From a virus: a stretch of 64,000 bases of DNA. The notes under the pieces were generated by a model. That model did no database searches, was not told the origin of the DNA, and worked only from the letters and a program-made list of their open reading frames with translations. The position numbers were made by a program, and so were the translations under genes. The stretch is taken from the IMG/VR virus record IMGVR_UViG_3300025093_000009, positions 32,001-96,000 of that record; one strand, written 5' to 3'. Shown here one piece after another: positions 61,007 to 64,000 of this stretch. The stretch's first letter is position 1; each line of letters opens with the position of its first letter.

Positions 61007-62188
61007 ATGAAAAGATATTTAATTCTGTTGGTTCTTTTCCTGTCATCATATGCTGTAAATGCCCAAGGTTTCTTTGACTCTCTTTACAAAGATTTCTTAA
61101 AATTTGGGACTGTATATGGTGCTGGTGATATTAGTAACTCAATAGAAGCATCTGAGCCAACTTATTTTGTTAGAACCAATCCCAATGGTAGTATATATGA
61201 TATACCCGTTGTAGAAGATAATACACCTCAATACCCATTTGATTATAGATTAGGCTTTGGTATACGTAAACTAGCTAGGTTTAATTATGAAAGAAAACCT
61301 AGAAACTTTTATGATGGTACTGAGACACAACTTGCTTTTACAGCACCAACTTCAGCATTTCAAGGATTAGAATATCAACTACACTATGAGAAAGAAAGGT
61401 GGAGAGGGGAGCACTTTGATAATAATAGATACTTTGTAAAACACACAGGTAAGTATCATATAGTTAAAGCTGAGTCAAGAGAAGTAGGTAAGATCAACTT
61501 AAAGTATCAATCAGCAGAAGCAAGACTAAGGTTGCCTATAGGTAAGAAGTTTAGTATATCTGGCGGTGCAATCTACCGTACTCATGACCGTGCTTATGGA
61601 TATAATCCAATTGAGATCTGGTTAAATGAAACTGATGAGGATGGGTTTGCAGTAAACCCTTGGTACACTTTAGGTTTTATATATGGGTATGATGATATAT
61701 TCTATACTGAAGAAGATGAAAATGGTAATGAAGTAAATGATTGGTATTGGATAGATCCAGATGGAAACAGAGTTGCAGATACAGATTTAGAATTTAGAGA
61801 AACAATCTTTAGAGATTTAATGAATAGATATAATAGAGAAGCATGGTCAACTCTAGATAGATTTGGTGAGATTGCTCCTATAGTAGGATTTGATTATTAT
61901 CATTATAAAAACAATTTCTGGTTGCATGCCTATGCTAACTGGATTCTTCCTTATCATAAGTATATACAGGGGGATGAGCAGTGTTCTTATTTAAATAGAA
62001 ACAATTGGGGTAAAGGAGGTTTAATTGAAGACTCACAATTTGAACAGTGGTCTGATTATTCTTTTGGTGCAAACTTGGGATGGAAGGTAGGAAAACACCT
62101 TGGTGTGTTTATAGAGGGAGAATATGCAAAGATGTGGGATAGTGAACTATTCAATACATCTTTTGGACTTAATTATACATTTAGATAA
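61007..62188 (+). CDS. Predicted outer-membrane beta-barrel protein
   Basis: Sec signal (…YAVNA|Q); alternating amphipathic strands rich in Y/F/W/G; C-terminal FGLNYTFR beta-signal-like end. Confidence 0.7.
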   Translation: MKRYLILLVLFLSSYAVNAQGFFDSLYKDFLKFGTVYGAGDISNSIEASEPTYFVRTNPNGSIYDIPVVEDNTPQYPFDYRLGFGIRKLARFNYERKPRNFYDGTETQLAFTAPTSAFQGLEYQLHYEKERWRGEHFDNNRYFVKHTGKYHIVKAESREVGKINLKYQSAEARLRLPIGKKFSISGGAIYRTHDRAYGYNPIEIWLNETDEDGFAVNPWYTLGFIYGYDDIFYTEEDENGNEVNDWYWIDPDGNRVADTDLEFRETIFRDLMNRYNREAWSTLDRFGEIAPIVGFDYYHYKNNFWLHAYANWILPYHKYIQGDEQCSYLNRNNWGKGGLIEDSQFEQWSDYSFGANLGWKVGKHLGVFIEGEYAKMWDSELFNTSFGLNYTFR

Positions 62189-62189
62189 A

Positions 62190-62594
62190 ATGAAACAGAA
62201 AACAAACGAAGAGATATTAGCTAAAATAGAAATAGATAAAATTGAGGCTAAGAGCACAGCAAAAGAAATAGCATCAAAGCATTTAGGCAAGCATGCTATA
62301 AATTATATAACAGTATTAGTTGTAATAGGTGTAATAAGTTCTACAGCTTTAGAAGGTGGGGCACTAACAGCAGTTATTGGTTTAGTATCTACAGCAGCAA
62401 TGGCACTGATAGGTATATTACAACATATAGTAGGTGCAAAAGAAAAAGAAGAAAAGCCTGAATTAGAAATAATTAAAAGCTTAATTAGAGAGTTATCTGA
62501 TAAAGAAGATGATCCAATGCAGGTAGAAGTAACTGACTCAGATGTAACAGTTACAAAAGGTGAAAGCAAAGTAACAGCAAGTAAAAAGAAATAA
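62190..62594 (+). CDS. Two-TM inner-membrane protein
   Basis: Start reassigned to ATG 62190, just after the upstream stop; TMs YITVLVVIGVISS and LTAVIGLVSTAAMALIGIL. Confidence 0.65.
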   Translation: MKQKTNEEILAKIEIDKIEAKSTAKEIASKHLGKHAINYITVLVVIGVISSTALEGGALTAVIGLVSTAAMALIGILQHIVGAKEKEEKPELEIIKSLIRELSDKEDDPMQVEVTDSDVTVTKGESKVTASKKK

Positions 62595-62595
62595 G

Positions 62596-62886
62596 ATGGC
62601 ACAGACACCCCCACAGATAGGAGAGCAAACAAAAGTAACTTTAGATCTAAAAACTATAGGTATGATTGTGGGCTTTGTAATTTCATTATCAACTATGTGG
62701 TTTACACTTAAAGCTGATATTGCATTAGCTATGGAGAGACCAGAACCTGTTATTGAAAGAGTAGAATATGATTTAAAAGACGAATTAGTAAGAGAAACAA
62801 TAATGACCACCCAACAAGATGTTGAAGAGATTAAAGCAACGCTAGCCAAAATGGAGGAGCGTTTATATGAACTTAGCAAAAAGTAG
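62596..62886 (+). CDS. Single-TM protein with C-terminal coiled coil
   Basis: IGMIVGFVISLSTMWF TM; QQDVEEIKATLAKMEERLYEL heptads. Confidence 0.7.
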   Translation: MAQTPPQIGEQTKVTLDLKTIGMIVGFVISLSTMWFTLKADIALAMERPEPVIERVEYDLKDELVRETIMTTQQDVEEIKATLAKMEERLYELSKK

Positions 62887-62888
62887 TC

Positions 62889-63290
62889 ATGAAAACATTC
62901 CTACTCACACTGATAACTCTACTAGTAACAACGGCTTTACATGGTCAATCTTGGGTTACAGATGAGACAATAAATGATGCAATTTCTAGTCATTCTGGTT
63001 TTGATGATCATGATGAAATTGTAATTATAGAGTTCTATGCAGAATTCAATAAAGATAACGCATTTAAAGACAGAGAAAAACTATCCGGTGTAACATATTA
63101 TATGTGTGATGTAGCACAGGCACCACAATCTAAAAAACAATATAAAATAAGAATGGCACCAACCATTCTTGTATTTTTAGACGGGTCTGTTGTATTGCAA
63201 TACAAAGCAGGACTAGACTTACAGTGTCCAGTTACTTTAGCTGAGCTAGAAAAAAGCATTGCTGAGGTACAAAAAGAATCTCAATTCTAA
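62889..63290 (+). CDS. Exported thioredoxin-fold protein lacking CxxC
   Basis: Signal (…ALHG|Q); IVIIEFYAEFN in place of V.DF.A.WCxxC; YKIRMAPTILVFLDG cis-Pro strand. Confidence 0.7.
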   Translation: MKTFLLTLITLLVTTALHGQSWVTDETINDAISSHSGFDDHDEIVIIEFYAEFNKDNAFKDREKLSGVTYYMCDVAQAPQSKKQYKIRMAPTILVFLDGSVVLQYKAGLDLQCPVTLAELEKSIAEVQKESQF

Positions 63291-63306
63291 AAACAATCAA
63301 TAATAA

Positions 63307-63933
63307 ATGCAAAACATACTTTTCACCCTGGCATTCCTGCTTCCGGTATGCCTCTCCTCTTCACAAATATCAACTTGTGATGTAGAACTTCTCAACCTTG
63401 ATTGGGATGCAAAACAAATAACCTTAACTCTTAATGATAATAATTGTATAAGTACTCCTGACTGGGTGCCTACAAATGATTCAGTTTATGCAATACAAAT
63501 GTTCTTTTCATTTGATGGTTATAACTGTAGTATAGCATCTAACAACAATAATTTTTTACCAAACCTTGGTCTAAATGATACCACCACCTATTCTATATCA
63601 GAGTGGGCTGATGCATTTAATTGTTTTGACTCAGCATTTGAACACTATATTGAAACGTGTGAAGCTGTAGTTGGTGTAACTGGTGCAAATAATACAATCA
63701 ACATAGACGCAAATGGCAGTAATAACTACATAGGTTATAATCCTATATGGGATAACTGCTATGAAACTGTGTCTGTAGTTGAGGTAAATAAGAAAACCCT
63801 GCATACCATATATGATAGACAGGGTAATCTTATACTAGAAACTTATGATATTCCTTGGTCAGAGATGCAAGGTTTATACTTGATCAAGCAAGATAATATC
63901 ATTTCTAAACACTTTGTTTCTGAAAGAAATTAA
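63307..63933 (+). CDS. Secreted protein with T9SS (Por) C-terminal sorting domain-like tail
   Basis: Signal (…LSSS|Q); C-terminus SVVE...IYDRQGNLI...GLYLIK...SKHFV. Confidence 0.55.
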   Translation: MQNILFTLAFLLPVCLSSSQISTCDVELLNLDWDAKQITLTLNDNNCISTPDWVPTNDSVYAIQMFFSFDGYNCSIASNNNNFLPNLGLNDTTTYSISEWADAFNCFDSAFEHYIETCEAVVGVTGANNTINIDANGSNNYIGYNPIWDNCYETVSVVEVNKKTLHTIYDRQGNLILETYDIPWSEMQGLYLIKQDNIISKHFVSERN

Positions 63934-63948
63934 TTCCCCTCTGGATTT

Positions 63949-64000
63949 TTATTTCTTGAAGCTACAAGCTCCTGATAGTGGTCCTTGGAAATAGTAGTTC
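63949..64000 (-). CDS. 3' end of a possible convergent gene entering from the right
   Basis: Minus strand reads ...NYYFQGPLSGACSFKK* ending at 63949; too short to confirm. Confidence 0.35.
   Translation of the reverse strand, partial: NYYFQGPLSGACSFKK

Noticed and set aside
62124-62189. Listed start of the 156-aa ORF
   Set aside because: It overlaps the barrel gene; ATG 62190 right after the stop is more plausible
983-62879. Many short minus-strand and off-frame ORFs in the supplied track
   Set aside because: They overlap long, coherent + strand genes and show no recognisable motifs; treated as shadow ORFs
62190-62886. Holin/spanin call for the two membrane proteins
   Set aside because: No endolysin or lipoprotein o-spanin is adjacent; topology alone is insufficient, so this remains only a possibility
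1-64000. Stop-codon reassignment (TAG/TGA), known in some crAss-like phages
   Set aside because: Very long ORFs are intact in the standard code, and TAG ends genes at 7182, 7726 and 62886 with sensible gene packing
1-64000. CRISPR array, tRNA, intron or intein
   Set aside because: Intergenic gaps are short; I saw no spaced repeats, cloverleafs, split genes or intein/LAGLIDADG motifs by eye, though tRNAscan and HMM searches were not run

Overview
This AT-rich window is the virion (late) gene block of a crAss-like (Crassvirales-type) phage, almost certainly infecting a Bacteroidota host. It is nearly all + strand and reads in the standard genetic code. Gene order: truncated scaffold-like gene; major capsid protein; conserved crAss head/tail genes; fibre genes (one with a peptidase-S74 chaperone); VWA/FN3 adhesin-like proteins; a calcineurin-like phosphoesterase; an IHF-like protein; ring/tubular proteins; a 2052-aa tail-stabilisation (muzzle) protein; four ejected-cargo-type proteins; a 4567-aa virion RNA polymerase (GADFDIDK, plus a HExxH zincin motif); a 1925-aa PD-(D/E)xK nuclease-containing protein; and a five-gene cluster of exported/membrane proteins. 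Most interesting: (1) three adjacent cargo proteins look like cassette polyproteins punctuated by a recurrent [QK]-x-G-[GE]-like motif, and one carries a TonB-box-like motif, a pre-toxin PT-TG-like domain, a putative ADP-ribosyltransferase and several peptidoglycan hydrolase modules; (2) the terminal envelope cluster encodes an OM beta-barrel, a CxxC-less exported thioredoxin fold and a T9SS-type cargo; (3) a hairpin whose loop is complementary to an AAACCAA motif found in several 5' leaders, alongside a repeated GTATATTA promoter-like motif. All calls come from reading motifs and synteny by eye; no searches were run.
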